A program made the translations under genes and the position numbers. Below, in pieces: positions 51,441 to 64,000 of a stretch of 64,000 nucleotides of DNA (positions are counted from its first letter, which is position 1; every line of letters begins with the position of its first letter). The notes under the pieces are model-generated. The model was not told the origin of the DNA, made no database searches, and saw nothing but the letters and a program-made list of their open reading frames with translations. The stretch spans positions 22,692,001 to 22,756,000 of the forward strand of contig NC_043003.1 of assembly GCF_006345805.1 (NCBI RefSeq). Reading direction: 5' to 3'. The DNA is from Octopus sinensis (Eukaryota).

Positions 51441-52920
51441 TAAGTAATAAATTTATCCATGACTTAATAAATTTAGTCATTAAATTTCTAAGCAGAAAAA
51501 CACTTATGTGAGAGCACTATAAAATCCGAAAAGATTAAATAAAGCTTTAATAATGTAAAGGGTTTGATGTAAAGAGAAATAGCGAGATGAGAGAAGTTCA
51601 TTTCTAACACGTTTGAGGGTAAAGTTGTTAGATATTAATTATAATTATAACAATAATATACTTGATGTTTATGACGTCATATATTTAAGTTTGTTTCTAA
51701 TTCTTATACTGCCACTTGCTTCGTTTATAGAATTTTATTGGAAAATAATTGTAAAACGGTGATGATTTAAAAATCGATAAAATATGAAACAGAAAATGCA
51801 AAACTAATTAATAAATGCTTTTCATTTAATTTAAATATCTAAATAGCTAATTAGAAGAATCGCTAAGGTATTGGATGGAAGGATTCGTGGAATTTGCTCC
51901 AATGCTCTTCGCCCTGAATTTTATATTTCACCGATTCCGACTTTGCCTGACATCTTTTCGAGATTGATAAAACTGTACCAATGGAGTAAGGTTGGATAAC
52001 CGGATCTATTAGAGACTCGAAAAAGATGCCTTGCCATATGTATTCTGACAGCAACGCCTGCGACCTTAAGCTGTATCGGTAGAAGTCGTCAGCCATTTTG
52101 TTTGGATAATCGTCGGTGACACAGAGAGAGGATAATTGCATGCATAGCAAACTTCTAGTCTTTCAAAAAAAAAAAAAAGTTAATTAAGTTCGGTTCAGTT
52201 CCGCACATGTATGGTCAACATTAATTGACGCTGGTACTACGTCGATAACTGCAAATAAACATGAATTAAAAAATCCAGATTAAACATTTTGTAAAATAAG
52301 AATGTTCTTCATTGACGTCTTAAAAATTATGTTCCTCCTACTGCTACTACAGGTGTATCTTTTTCCATTAATTAATTTACACCTAAATTTAATTGATGCA
52401 ATGCTCTCTGTTTTCCCCAACAGCTCAAATATTTCTTTGTCTCTGAACCAGGGACGATCCGGGGGAAATCCTTTCTCTTTGGAACTTCTCGTTTTTCTCT
52501 GATCTCACCTCCTCCACTAATTCTCATAGGTTTGTATAATGCATGAAACATGTCATCGTTTCTCAAGTTTCCTTAGTTTCTAATTTAGAAGATTCTAGCA
52601 TGCTTCTTCCTTGTCTCCACTGAAGAAATAAAGCTAACAAATTTGTTTGCAACGTAAATGAAAAGTAAACAGAATCGCCGATGACGAATAATTGATTCTT
52701 TGGCACATGACCAAAAATTTTCAGGCGAAGGGGTATGTTTGTTAAATGGTTCCCGATCACTTGACTGGTACTTTATTTTACCAAACCTAGAAGAATGAAA
52801 GGCAAAGTTAACCTCGGTGAGATTTGAACCCACACCGTAAAGAGCCATACCAAACACCGCAAAGAATCTTCTCCAATGTTCTTACTATAACGATTCGGAT
52901 AAACGACCGTCTACATGTAT

Positions 52921-53258
52921 GATGGCGCATGGCTCAGCGGTTAGAGCGTCGAGCTTACGATCGTGAGGTCGTAAGTTCGAATCCCGGACCAGGCTGCGTG
53001 TTGTGTTCTTGAGCAAGACACTTTATTTCACGTTGCTTCAATTAACTCAACTGTAGAAAGTAGTCGTGACATCACTGGTGCCAAGCTGTATCGGCCCCTT
53101 TGCCTTTCCCTTGGATAACACTGGTGGCGTGGAGAGGGGAGGCCGGTATGCATGAGCGACTGCTGGTCTTCCATAAACAACCTTGCCCGGCCTTGTACCT
53201 GGGAGGGTAACTTCCTAGGTGCAATCCCGTTGTCAGTCATGGCCGAAGGGGGTCTCAA
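52921..53258 (+). mobile_element. tRNA-derived SINE family C (single copy here)
   Basis: A-box tggctcagcggttagagc, B-box agttcgaatccc, then cttgagcaagacactttatttcac and a GC-richer body unrelated to A/B/D. Confidence 0.75.
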
Positions 53259-55184
53259 CATGTATGATATTTTTGAAGGTAGGGGACAAGTCGACACCCT
53301 TCCCTCAGTACCTGATTGGTGGTTTAGTGATTCTGAAAGTTTGCATGGTAAAGTTGACTTCGGTAGAATTTGAACCTGGCTCATAAAGTGCCAAAACAAA
53401 TACTGCAAGACATTTTACCCGATGCTTTTAATTCATCACTGTTGTTTCTGTTTTAGACACTTGGCCGACAAACTTTGACCCTAGTTCTTAACTGGTATCT
53501 TATTTGGAAGGATAGAGAGGAAAAGTTGACTTTGGAAGGATTTGGGCACTGCGCACAAAGAACCGAAAAAATACCATCAATGACAACTCTGCCAATCCTA
53601 CATCCTTACGCACCAAACAAATAACTGTTACTGATTTAAAGTGATACAACTAATCATTTGCAACATTGGCACAAGACTTGAAATTCAGGGAAGGATGTTA
53701 GTCAATATCATTGACCCCAGTACCAGTGAAGTAGTGACTGGTGCTATATTTTATTCGACTCTGAAGTAATGAAAGATAAAGTTGACCTCAGAATGTAAAG
53801 AGCAGGAGCAAATAATGAAACAGATTTTTAACGACGCTTTTGTGATTCTTCCAGCTATCCACCCTGGTGACACTGATAACATAAGAAGCCACCAATTACA
53901 TACAGTACCAATTCTGTATTAGAGAAGAACGTTCTTTGTATGCACCAGTATTTTCACATTTATCACTTTCCAGAGGTGTTAATGTTTTCTATTATCACAA
54001 TACAGAATGTTTCATTTATTTATTCTTTAAATTTGACCTTTACCGCGACATTACAAATACATTTTTGTTATTTCTTATACTTTGGTTGTTAGTAAAACCA
54101 TTATGTGCTACCACCAGCTACTGTATCGTGGGCGGTTGACCGACTATCTACTTTTTTTTTTTACATTTCTCTTTTATTAATTGTTGTATCTTCAATCCTA
54201 TCATCTCTATGGTGTTATCAATCCAGTTCTTTTCTCCTGTAGTATTTATAATACAGTTCAAAATATACGTTCAATTTTTTTTTTGCAACTTAACTCTCGG
54301 CGGAAGTGTTATGAAGAGAAATAATGTTTTCATGATTGAATTTGATACTAAATAATGAAGGAAGAATGTCCAACATTTTCATAGCGGTGACACAGCATGG
54401 CCACAACTAACTGACTGAAACCAGTTTTTGTGCTTTCTATATTTTCTTCATAAGTTGGACATTATCCCCAAGTAGTTGCTTGGTTTCCTAGAAACAGTAG
54501 CCAATCAATCTCAAATTCCACCCCTTGCCTATAAAACGAAAGACATACTCGAGTGTATAATAAATACAATACAATATTCATTACTTCTCTATAATAACAG
54601 AGAACATAATTTGATTACTGTTTTAGATGCTGTGTTTTTCGAGATTTATCTCTATTATTTCAACTCAGAAAGAAATTGATTCAAAGATTTAATTGATCAA
54701 ACAGCAACTGATAATTATAAAGCTTCCGAACAAAACATAATTAGTCGACAAAGATAGTAAATTTAGACACAATGACAGACAATGACATTTGAAAAGAGAT
54801 AAAATATGAAACTATGGCTGTCGTTAGATCAGCAACTCTCAATCTTTTTGGTTTTGTTGCGAGTTGGAGATCAAAAAACAAACTAATAAAATAAAAACAT
54901 GAAAAAAATAAAAAATAGAAATACAGAAACAAAACAATTACTGGCGTACTGGAGATTAGATTAACAACAAAAAGTTTTACTGGTACGATTTCATGAAAAG
55001 TTTATTTAAAGAAAAATTAATTCTAAAATTTAGAAACAAATAAAACAATCTAGAGCTTATTGTATTTTATTAATTATACTTACGCATACAAAAAAAGAAC
55101 TTACATTTTTTTCAGACACTCAGTATTGGTTTGGAATTCTAGCAAAAAGCCAGCAACTTCGGAGGAGTGGGGTAAGTCGGTTAC

Positions 55185-55419
55185 AGGCGGCGAGCTGGCA
55201 GAAACGTTAGCGCTCCGGGCGAAATGCTTAGCGGTATTTCGTCTGTCGTTACGTTGTGAGTTCAAATTCCGCCGAGGTCGACTTTGCCTTTCATCCTTTC
55301 GGGGTCGATGAATTAAGTACCAGTTACGCACTGGGGTCGATGTAATCGACTTAATACATATGTCTGTTCTTGTTTGTCCACTCTATGTTTAGCCCCTTGT
55401 GGGTAGTAAAGAAATAGGT
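55185..55419 (+). mobile_element. SINE family B, first monomer only
   Basis: Stops at aaagaaataggt, where the second monomer would begin. Confidence 0.8.
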
Positions 55420-55432
55420 TACACCAACCTCA

Positions 55433-55581
55433 GTGCTCAGCTGGTACTTACTTTATGGACCCCGAAAGGATGAAAGACAAAGTAAATCTCGGAGAAATTT
55501 GAACTTTGAACGTAAAAACGGACGAAATGCCGCTAAGCATTTTGCCTAGCGTGCTAACGATTTCGCCAGCTCGCCGCCTTT
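55433..55581 (-). mobile_element. Older SINE B-like monomer, inverted relative to 55185
   Basis: Reverse complement of the B head and core. Confidence 0.75.
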
Positions 55582-57755
55582 AAGATGTTCAATGTTACTG
55601 TGAAGTGTGTTAAAGCTTTTTCCTGATATAAAAAAAAAGCTGTGGCACATCTAAGTATACTAAATCTTTTTTTGCCTTTTTACAGTTTAGTCAAGGAGGA
55701 AAGAGCAGCACCAATAGTCCTTTATTTCTTCAGGGCCTTAGAAATTAGTGTATGGAACGGCGAAGTATATCTTTAAACTGGAGACCTGGTTTGCATGTTT
55801 GAAACAGCGTGAGCCCTACTAAAGGCATCTGAAGATAAGGGAACGGTATTAAACCAGGTGATGGGATAAGTCTACCATCCAAGAATACAAAACGCAGGAC
55901 AAGATGTAATACTGCAAGGTATCTTGTCTGACACACTTACAAATTCGCCAAACCATCGTCCTAGATTGGCACTCTATACTGCCGGAAGAGATGAAACGCA
56001 AAATTGAGCATTGGAACAAAGGAAAAGCGTGCAGTTGCTTCTTCATTTACTCGACCTGGGGCTAAATAAAAGAAACGGTGGCAAAGTATTCGGCTCAGTT
56101 CCAGATCGTTTAGCTGGAACAGACCCGTGATCGAATCGTTTCTGCAATGGCCCTCCAGTTCGTTTCAATATCACGGACGAAAATATTTTTTTTTTATTTA
56201 AAATAGTCGAGTGTGGTTTGAGGGAGATTTGGTTTGTATTTCAAACAAATTGAGTGATGGCATATATAGAGGCTTTAACGTTTGGCAGAATGGTAGAGCA
56301 CTGGCTTAGGTGGAATTGCATTATTTAGTATATTGTCCTTGTTGAAACCTAAAGCAGCTCTGTTCGACAGGTGTATGGTCATATGTGTTCCATGGTGATC
56401 ATTCAACCATTTCTTAATATCGGACATAATACTGCATAGTATATTCAAATTTATTTTATAATTGTAAAATATAATTTAGGAGAAATTTTGGCTGTCATTT
56501 TCTAGCAGGTCGAGCAATCACATAAAGGTTCTCTCGTCAACAGGTATTTAGTTTCATTCTTCTGTGTTCTGTATTGAAATTCCATTGAAGTTAAATTATC
56601 CCTTCACGCCTCCCAAGTCAATGCAAATAATTACAAGTGATAATACAGAAATCGAATGAATAAGTAAAATTTCATCATAGCGTCATTTATTACATATTTA
56701 CTTTGTGTGCGCTTGAAAACAAACAAACAAACAAGCAAACAAACAAAATAACCATTATTGTGACAGCTAACATAAACTATTGAAAAACGACAGCAGAATT
56801 CACGCTGTTTATCTTGTCAATTCTTCCAGAACTGATTTTTAAAATTAAATGCCTATATAGAACCTAAGCAATTCTTCAGTCATAAATTTTAACTACTGTA
56901 AACAGTAGAAGCAATGATGAGCCGAGCGGCTCTACGATCAATACATTGTGTGGTTTGTTCTTGTGTTAAATATATAACAAGTTCTGCTCGCTAGTCACAT
57001 GGGGGGAATATTTCAATGGTTACTGTGTTATGTATGAAGGCGAAATTTAAATATATTAGTGATTTGAGATATGAACGGTTGAGAAAAAGTGCTCATCAAA
57101 TGACAGCAGTGATCCAGGTTTTATCCTCTGTTGGCTGATGTTCAGTTTATTTACGTTGCTAAATACCTTTTAGAAATAGCTTTAACATCGTAACGTCTTT
57201 CATTCCAATTCCATTAAAATACAGAGCTATTGTGCGTAGTCAAACAGCAAGTAATGCAATCTTGGCGTGAGGTGCAGGAGGTGACAGAAGCAGTAAAGGA
57301 GGCCAGGGCAATGATTTACAGTATTCATTTTCCTGAACTAAAAGCAATACTTTAAATAAGCTGAAGATAAATTCCGAGCAGAATCAATAACGCAACCATG
57401 TGAAATGTATGCAGAACAGTGTTCGATAAGTAGTAGCGTTAGAACGTCGGACAAATGGTTTGTGGTAACTGTCTTGGCTGTTGTCGTTCCGAGTTCAAAT
57501 CCAACGTAGAGCAACATTTTGTCTTTCATTCTTCCATAATCGATAAAATAAAGTGATTCATATACTGAAGTCAAACTTGCTTTATATCTTCTTTGACGCC
57601 TTGGCTGTTCGAAGCATTTTGTCCTAAACGTTCATGCTTGTTTTCAGACATTTGGTTAGCCCTTATTCTATACGTTCTGAGTAATAAAAAGTTTCCCTTT
57701 CATATTTCTCAAGTTACTCTGGTGGTTAGAAAAAATTTGAGAATGTATATCATAA

Positions 57756-57977
57756 ATGATGCATCAACGCTAGGTCCTGTTTATCACGTGTAATACTCAT
57801 GATTGGGAAACGGTTAAGGACCGGTCGAACCGTGCAGTGGCAAGGACGGGCTACGATTTATCGTATATGATGCATGAACGCTGGGTCCTATTTATCGCAT
57901 GTAATACTCAGGAATGGGAAACGGTTAAGGGTCGGTCGAACCGTGCAGTGGCAAGGACGGGCTACAATTTATCGTAT
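57756..57977. repeat. Tandem duplication, 2 x 111 bp
   Basis: 57756-57866 and 57867-57977 are highly similar. Confidence 0.9.
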
Positions 57978-59160
57978 CTCTTTTCTCCAAGACAACCCCT
58001 TTCACTGTGATGTAATGGAAGAATATAATCGTGAAGTGTCTGGCAGAGTATGGCATATGATGGGAACTAATGTAAGTACGGATGGATATATTAGTGATAT
58101 TTATCAGTCTTCAAATGCCAAAATGAAAAGCTAAATATATGAGAGAAAATCCAGGAATGTATTAAGTCCGTGCTATGACTGCTCTACTCATTTCCATTGC
58201 ACTGACATTCAATCAACAATAATTGGCATAATTATCTCTTAAATAATGAGGATACTAATCTCTAATATTATAGGCATGAATTCTTTGGTTGGCTAATTGC
58301 ATTGAGTGAAACTAAAGCGTATGTCATTTCGACATCTTCATGAAGCAGGCATCTATATTTCATATATATTCTCCTCTTACACGAATAACTAATCTAGACC
58401 TAAAATGGCTACACACAGCCCCCACCACTCCCGCTCTTTCATGCACCCACACACATACACTCCAAGGAACTGTTATCCAATTCGGAAAAGAAATAAAAAA
58501 TAAACAAATACAAAAGAAACCACCGCAATATATTTTCTCTTTCTACACTCACTATAAATAACTAACAAAATACTTGAATGATGTGAAAATATGTGAAGCA
58601 GCTCCTTAGTTTATTTAGTATTCCTTCGCCATTTTCTTTTATTTCTTAACATATTTATTGTATATATGCTCAACAAATAACGTTCGTGCATTTTTAACAA
58701 GTAGTTCGACATAAACCTAAGAGGAAAAAGCCCATTTCACTATATTTACTTGAAGACATTGTATGAATTCTTAGGTGAAAGAACTGCCTTAGCTTGATAA
58801 TTTTACTTCATTGCTAGTTTTTTCTACAATAATTTTTGTTTCTGCTTATGTTTAAAATCGTATCACCTGTTATTTGGAATTCATTTCTGCAAGACTTAAG
58901 GAAGCTTTCATGGGTAACAGAAAATTAAGGGCAATTTATTTTTTCGTGCACTCTTCTTATTCCATATTACTTCAATACAGATTCTTGTGTGAATATTCTT
59001 GGACTGTTTTTACATATTTTAACCAAAATAATTCTCTTAGAGACTAGAGTTTCCAATTTCTTCATAACGTGACTTAAGACAAAAATGGAGATATTGAACA
59101 AATAAGATGCTATTTTAAAACAAATTTATGAAATGTTTAGTAAATATTTAATGTAAGTGC

Positions 59161-59302
59161 ATTATGTATGTATGTATGTATGTATGTATATATGTATGTA
59201 TGTATGTATGGATGTATGTATGTATGTATGTATGTATGTATGTATGTATGTATGTATGTATGTATGTATGTATGTATGTATGTATGTATGTATGTATGTA
59301 TC
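59161..59302. repeat. (TATG)n microsatellite
   Basis: Direct inspection. Confidence 0.95.
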
Positions 59303-59734
59303 TATGTTGTATGTGAGCATCTCTGTCTCCCTCACCCACTCTCGCTCTCTCTCTGTATGTGTAAAACATGCAATAAGGAACGCAAATTTAGATTTCAGTG
59401 CTAGAACGATTAGAAACTATTTTGCAGGGAGTGAAAAAAAGAAAGAGAAAAATACGAAAAATAGATGGAAATTTAAAAATTCACATTTTTTTACAATGAC
59501 ATTCGCGAACTTTCTAGCTATATAAGAATAAAACAGCTTCATTCTGGCATTGAACCCCACTATATATATTGCAGTCACCAGGGTTCTAATTCTTTCTCTT
59601 ATATGTAATACATTGTTAAAAATATAACATATTTTCATTGGTCAAAAATTCCATAACTTTTAAAGGAGAAGAGAATACTTGCTATGGCTTTCAGGCTTAT
59701 GTGGTTAGGACATTTATTTCTCAACTACGTCATG

Positions 59735-59785
59735 ATTGATTGATTGATTCTAGTTTCAGCTCATGAGCTGTGGCCATGCTGGGGC
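59735..59785 (-). mobile_element. 51-nt retroposed 3' stub with (ATCA)n tail
   Basis: 8-bp TSD acgtcatg (59727-59734 / 59786-59793); gccccagcatggccacagctcatgagctgaaactag resembles the SINE A tail. Confidence 0.75.
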
Positions 59786-59903
59786 ACGTCATGTTTAGTT
59801 CGATTTCAATTTGCGGAAGCTTTCGGTAAGTTTCTTATAGTGTAATGCGGGTTGCCGAATACCTTGTAAGAGAAATTTACCGGAAGATATGAAGACACGT
59901 GTT

Positions 59904-59998
<95 letters not shown>

Positions 59999-60325
59999 TA
60001 CACACATACACACACGTGTAGAATAGAATGCAAGCATGGAAAACTCACATCTAGTTCTCTCTCAGAGTTCCTCGGCAGCATCGCATTTGAGCTTATCCAC
60101 TGCCGCTGCGAAACTCCGAGTATTAGACGTAAATATATTCTTTATTAAATGTAATCCCCCATTTCAACAATACTAACGTATATATTTTTGTTTTTACACA
60201 CGCCGTTTGTTGGTGCGTGTGCCTGCGCATGTGTATATGTGTGTGCATGTCCATGAACGTGGAGAGAATGGCAACTCTCATGACCTTTGTAAACGCTCCG
60301 AAGCCGGTAAACCTGGAGCTGTTAG

Positions 60326-60725
60326 TATTCTTTTCTACTCTAGGCACAAGGCCCGAAATTTTTGGGAAGGGGGCCAATCGATTAGATCGACCCTAGTACG
60401 CAACTGGTCCTTAATTAAACGACCCCGAGAGGATGAAAGGCAAAGTCGATCGCGGCGGAATTTGAACTCAGAACGTAACGGCAGACGAAATACCTATTTC
60501 TTTACTACCTACAAGGGGCTAAACACAGAGGGGATAAATAAGGACAGACAAACGGATTAAATCGATTATATCGACCCCAGTGCGTAACTAGTACTTATTT
60601 AATCGACCCCGAAAGGATGAAAGGCAAAGTCGACCTCGGCGCAATTTGAACTCATAACGTAGTGGCGGACGAAATACCGCTAAGCATTTCGCTCGGCGTG
60701 CTAACGTTTCTGCCAGCTCCCCACC
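60326..60725 (-). mobile_element. Dimeric SINE family B
   Basis: Reverse complement of the 8265 and 19735 copies. Confidence 0.85.
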
Positions 60726-61040
60726 ATTGGAGCTATTAATATTACCGGTAAACTGTTGCAGATTAACACTCACAGGAAAGATATGAACTGGAAAAAATTT
60801 CTAGAGGTCCCAAGTTCTGAGGAGGAAAAACTAGGATTTTTGCCCAACAAGGATAAGGAGAGCTGAAAAGTTGGCTGGGGTGTAGATACCTAAGTGGGAA
60901 GTGTACGACTATGATGTGTTTTGGAATTTATGTGCTTCAGTGTACAATTGTGTAAGTTGGCACACCAAGTCATATCCTTTTAAGGTAAAACTTAACAATT
61001 CGATAAACAGATAAACAGGCGCAGCAGTGGCTGTGGTATG

Positions 61041-61437
61041 TAGGCGCAGGGGTGGCTGTGGTAAGTAGCTTGTTTACCAACCACATGGTTCCGGGTTCAG
61101 TCCCACTGCGTGACACCTTGGGCAAGTGTCTTCTACTATAGCCTCGGGTCGACCAAAGCCTTGTGAGTGCATTTGGTAGACGGAAACTGAAAGAAGCCCG
61201 TTGTATATATGTATATGTATAAATATATGTGTCTGTGTTTGTCCCCACCAAAATCGCTTGACAACCGATGGTGTGTTTACGTACCCGTAACTTAGCGGTT
61301 CGGCAAAAGAGACCGATAGAATAAATACTAGGCTTCCAAAGAATAAGTCCTGGGGTCGAATTGCTCGACTAAAAGGCGGTGCTCCAGCATGGCCGCAGTC
61401 AAATGACTGAAACAAGTAAAAGAGTAAAAGAGTAAAG
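61041..61437 (+). mobile_element. SINE family A
   Basis: Full body; the first ~20 nt of the head are duplicated just upstream (61019-61040). Confidence 0.85.
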
Positions 61438-61954
61438 AGAGAGATAATTATTAGAAACTCTGTGATTGAATATAAGCTTTGAAGACATTACTCCAGTATT
61501 GCTGGAGTTCAATGAAAGAAACTAGTGAAAGAATAAAAGAAGTAGTATTTTCCTCAATAATATTAGTTATTTACCTAAAATACACTGAAATGTAAAATCA
61601 AAAATAGATGGCTACTTTGTCTTATCAGTTATTTATCCGTAACTGCACAACACACGCCATTTTAAAAACCAAGATGTTATAAATTTGAATTGGTACGTAG
61701 TGCATGGCTTTACAATTTCAGAGTTGATCTAATGAAGTAATGTGACTCTGTGGATATCAAATGTATAAAAGTGAAATGAAATTACTCCAAATAGGAATTG
61801 AAATTCTCTTGCAGAAGCCCGACTTGTAACGATAGTAATGCCATTTCGTTAAATTGCTTCTCGTACTCTTATTTCTATGGAATATCCATTTACAATATTC
61901 GATACTGACCTAGCAGTATCAGCTAATTACCTGCATGATATCAGACAACCTAAT

Positions 61955-62012
<58 letters not shown>

Positions 62013-62129
62013 GCATATGAATGTATGTAAATGTATATAAAAATATATATACATATATCTGTATATGTATCTATATATGTATGTATTTATGTGTGTGTGT
62101 ATATCTATCTATCTATCTATCTATCTATC

Positions 62130-62751
62130 CTTGTGGCTATGGCGAAAGAATGTATCTGGTGGACGCGTCTGAAAGGATTGGAGACAAACACTTTCCTCTC
62201 TGGTCAATCTCTCATCAACTTCTTCAAGTACCACTTGAAAAGGAAGTGAGAGTAGAGAGGCAAGTTTTGTCTAGCGAATGTTTTAAAAAAAAGATGGGTG
62301 AATGTAGCAAGAATGGCACGTATGAATGACGAAGCCACCTTGAGCATAGTCCTATGAACCCAGAAATCGAAAACAGAGAGTTGCTTATTTGCAAAAAAAA
62401 AAAAAAAAAAAAGAAATATAAAATGTGACTTCATTGACCGAGGTTACCGTGGTCTTTTCCGCAGGCTTTTCTTTCCACGGTAAACTCACCTGTCCTCCCC
62501 TTTACACTTCATATTGACATTTCTGTGATAACGATCCCTATTGATCATTTTTTTTCCTCCCCCCCCCCCTTTTTTTTTTTTTTTTTTAACCCCCCTTATT
62601 TTTGTCCTCTTCTCTCCTTTTACGATCCCTTTTGATCGAACCTCCCCCTTCCCATTTTTTTTTTTTTTTTTTTTTAATACCTTCAAAAGAAAAGCTCTAC
62701 CTTGTAATTTGTTCTATCTGTGTGCAGCCCTGTGTGGCTAATAAAGAAACA
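62130..62751 (+). mobile_element. Tx1/L1-like LINE 3' end inserted in (TATC)n
   Basis: LVAMAKECIWWTRLKGLETNTFLSGQSLINFFKYHLKRK, frameshift, VRVERQVLSSECFKK..VNVARMARMNDEATLSIVL* (stop at 62355-62357); 3'UTR with poly-T/C tracts; (TATC)n at both ends. Clade assignment from C-terminal resemblance only. Confidence 0.7.
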
Positions 62752-62778
62752 TATCTATCTATCTATCTATCTATCTAT

Positions 62779-62843
<65 letters not shown>

Positions 62844-63443
62844 TACTAACATAAATGAAATTTACACTTTGCTAAATGTCTCAAAAACTGCTTCTCGGAG
62901 GAAATAAGGAAAGGTCACTGACCACTCACCATGTTACTTTAGAAATATCTTGATTGCAAGAAAAATGATGAATATTAATTCATACAAACATATTTGTATG
63001 TTCTGTGTATCAACATCTAAATGTTATTGATGTCTATCTAGCAAGTTACACACAGTAGGAAACAAGCTCCACCTGATACGTTTCCGCCAAATCACTTCGT
63101 ACTTTGGTTTCTCTCTGCTCAGCTAATAGACACGGCTAATGGTCTTGAGGAAAAACACAAACCTCACAACTAAATTTACAAGTTTGTTACCTTGTTGTTT
63201 GAGTCACACATTTCATAGTCTTTTGATAATAGTCTATATATATACATTGCTTGAACTGGTTATGTATAAACATGCAAGTCTCTCCTACTTGGATTTGCTG
63301 TTATGTCATAAAAGTATTGGGGGTTTAACGACCTTTTATTAACCGAGATCTTCTTAATTAGCATGGATTTATTTCTGTGACATTAATTCTCTGTATGGAC
63401 AGATGTACATTAATTCTCCCAAACAACTGCTTTTATTAATTTG

Positions 63444-63520
<77 letters not shown>

Positions 63521-64000
63521 CATGTATACATATATATATATATATACATACATACATATATTCATATATATATATACACACACACATACACACATGTATC
63601 TAAATGCATGTGTTTATCTATCTATCTATCTCTGTGTGTATATGTACTCACGCCCACACCACACACATAAATACACACACACACCATCATACATACATGC
63701 TTACATGCATACATACATACTTAACATTACAGGCAATATACATTTGTATATATATATCGCCTGCAATATAAAATACAGCGAACCGTGTCGCACAAATTAT
63801 ACAAGAGTAGATAATCTATTTAAATCCAATATAGTATTTTTGTTTATAATGTATATGTTGATGTACAAAACACAGCCGTTAAGGGCGCCGAAATAAATGC
63901 TTTGTGATATATCTTTCGACTCTCCATTTTGAATATCAATTATGCCAAGGTTAGCTTCGTCTCTCATTCTTCCTGTGTCGGCAAAAATAAAATACCAGTC

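Noticed and set aside
56915-56940. tgatga gccgagcggc tc hairpin
   Set aside because: No C3 and no GAAA; also no CTAG at a Helitron-like distance.

Overview
AT-rich, microsatellite-dense eukaryotic non-coding DNA. The repeat families look like an octopus (coleoid cephalopod) genome; this is inferred from recognising the repeats, not from a database search. No protein-coding gene can be called with confidence. Most ORF-track entries are translated microsatellites or SINE interiors, and only weak exon candidates remain. The window is a mosaic of mobile DNA: (1) tRNA-derived SINE families, namely family A with a central microsatellite, dimeric family B, modular families D/E/F with a shared head and core but three different tails, and family C; (2) Penelope-like elements, comprising a GIY-YIG endonuclease remnant (32587-33200) with a downstream pseudo-LTR, two more copies of that pseudo-LTR, a second GIY-YIG relic (48275-48483), and minimal hammerhead-ribozyme motifs, one of them inside a near-perfect 223-bp palindrome (45937-46159); (3) 3' ends of Tx1-like, R4/Dong-like, CR1-like and RTE LINEs; (4) two non-autonomous Helitrons, a Tc1/mariner-type MITE and several foldback elements. 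The main patterns are that different retroelements occupy different microsatellite types (Penelope pseudo-LTR in (TA)n, Tx1-like in (TATC)n, R4/Dong-like in (TAA)n), and that the hammerhead cores carry non-canonical nucleotides (CUGUNGA in all three copies of one family, CCGAUGA in the palindrome).
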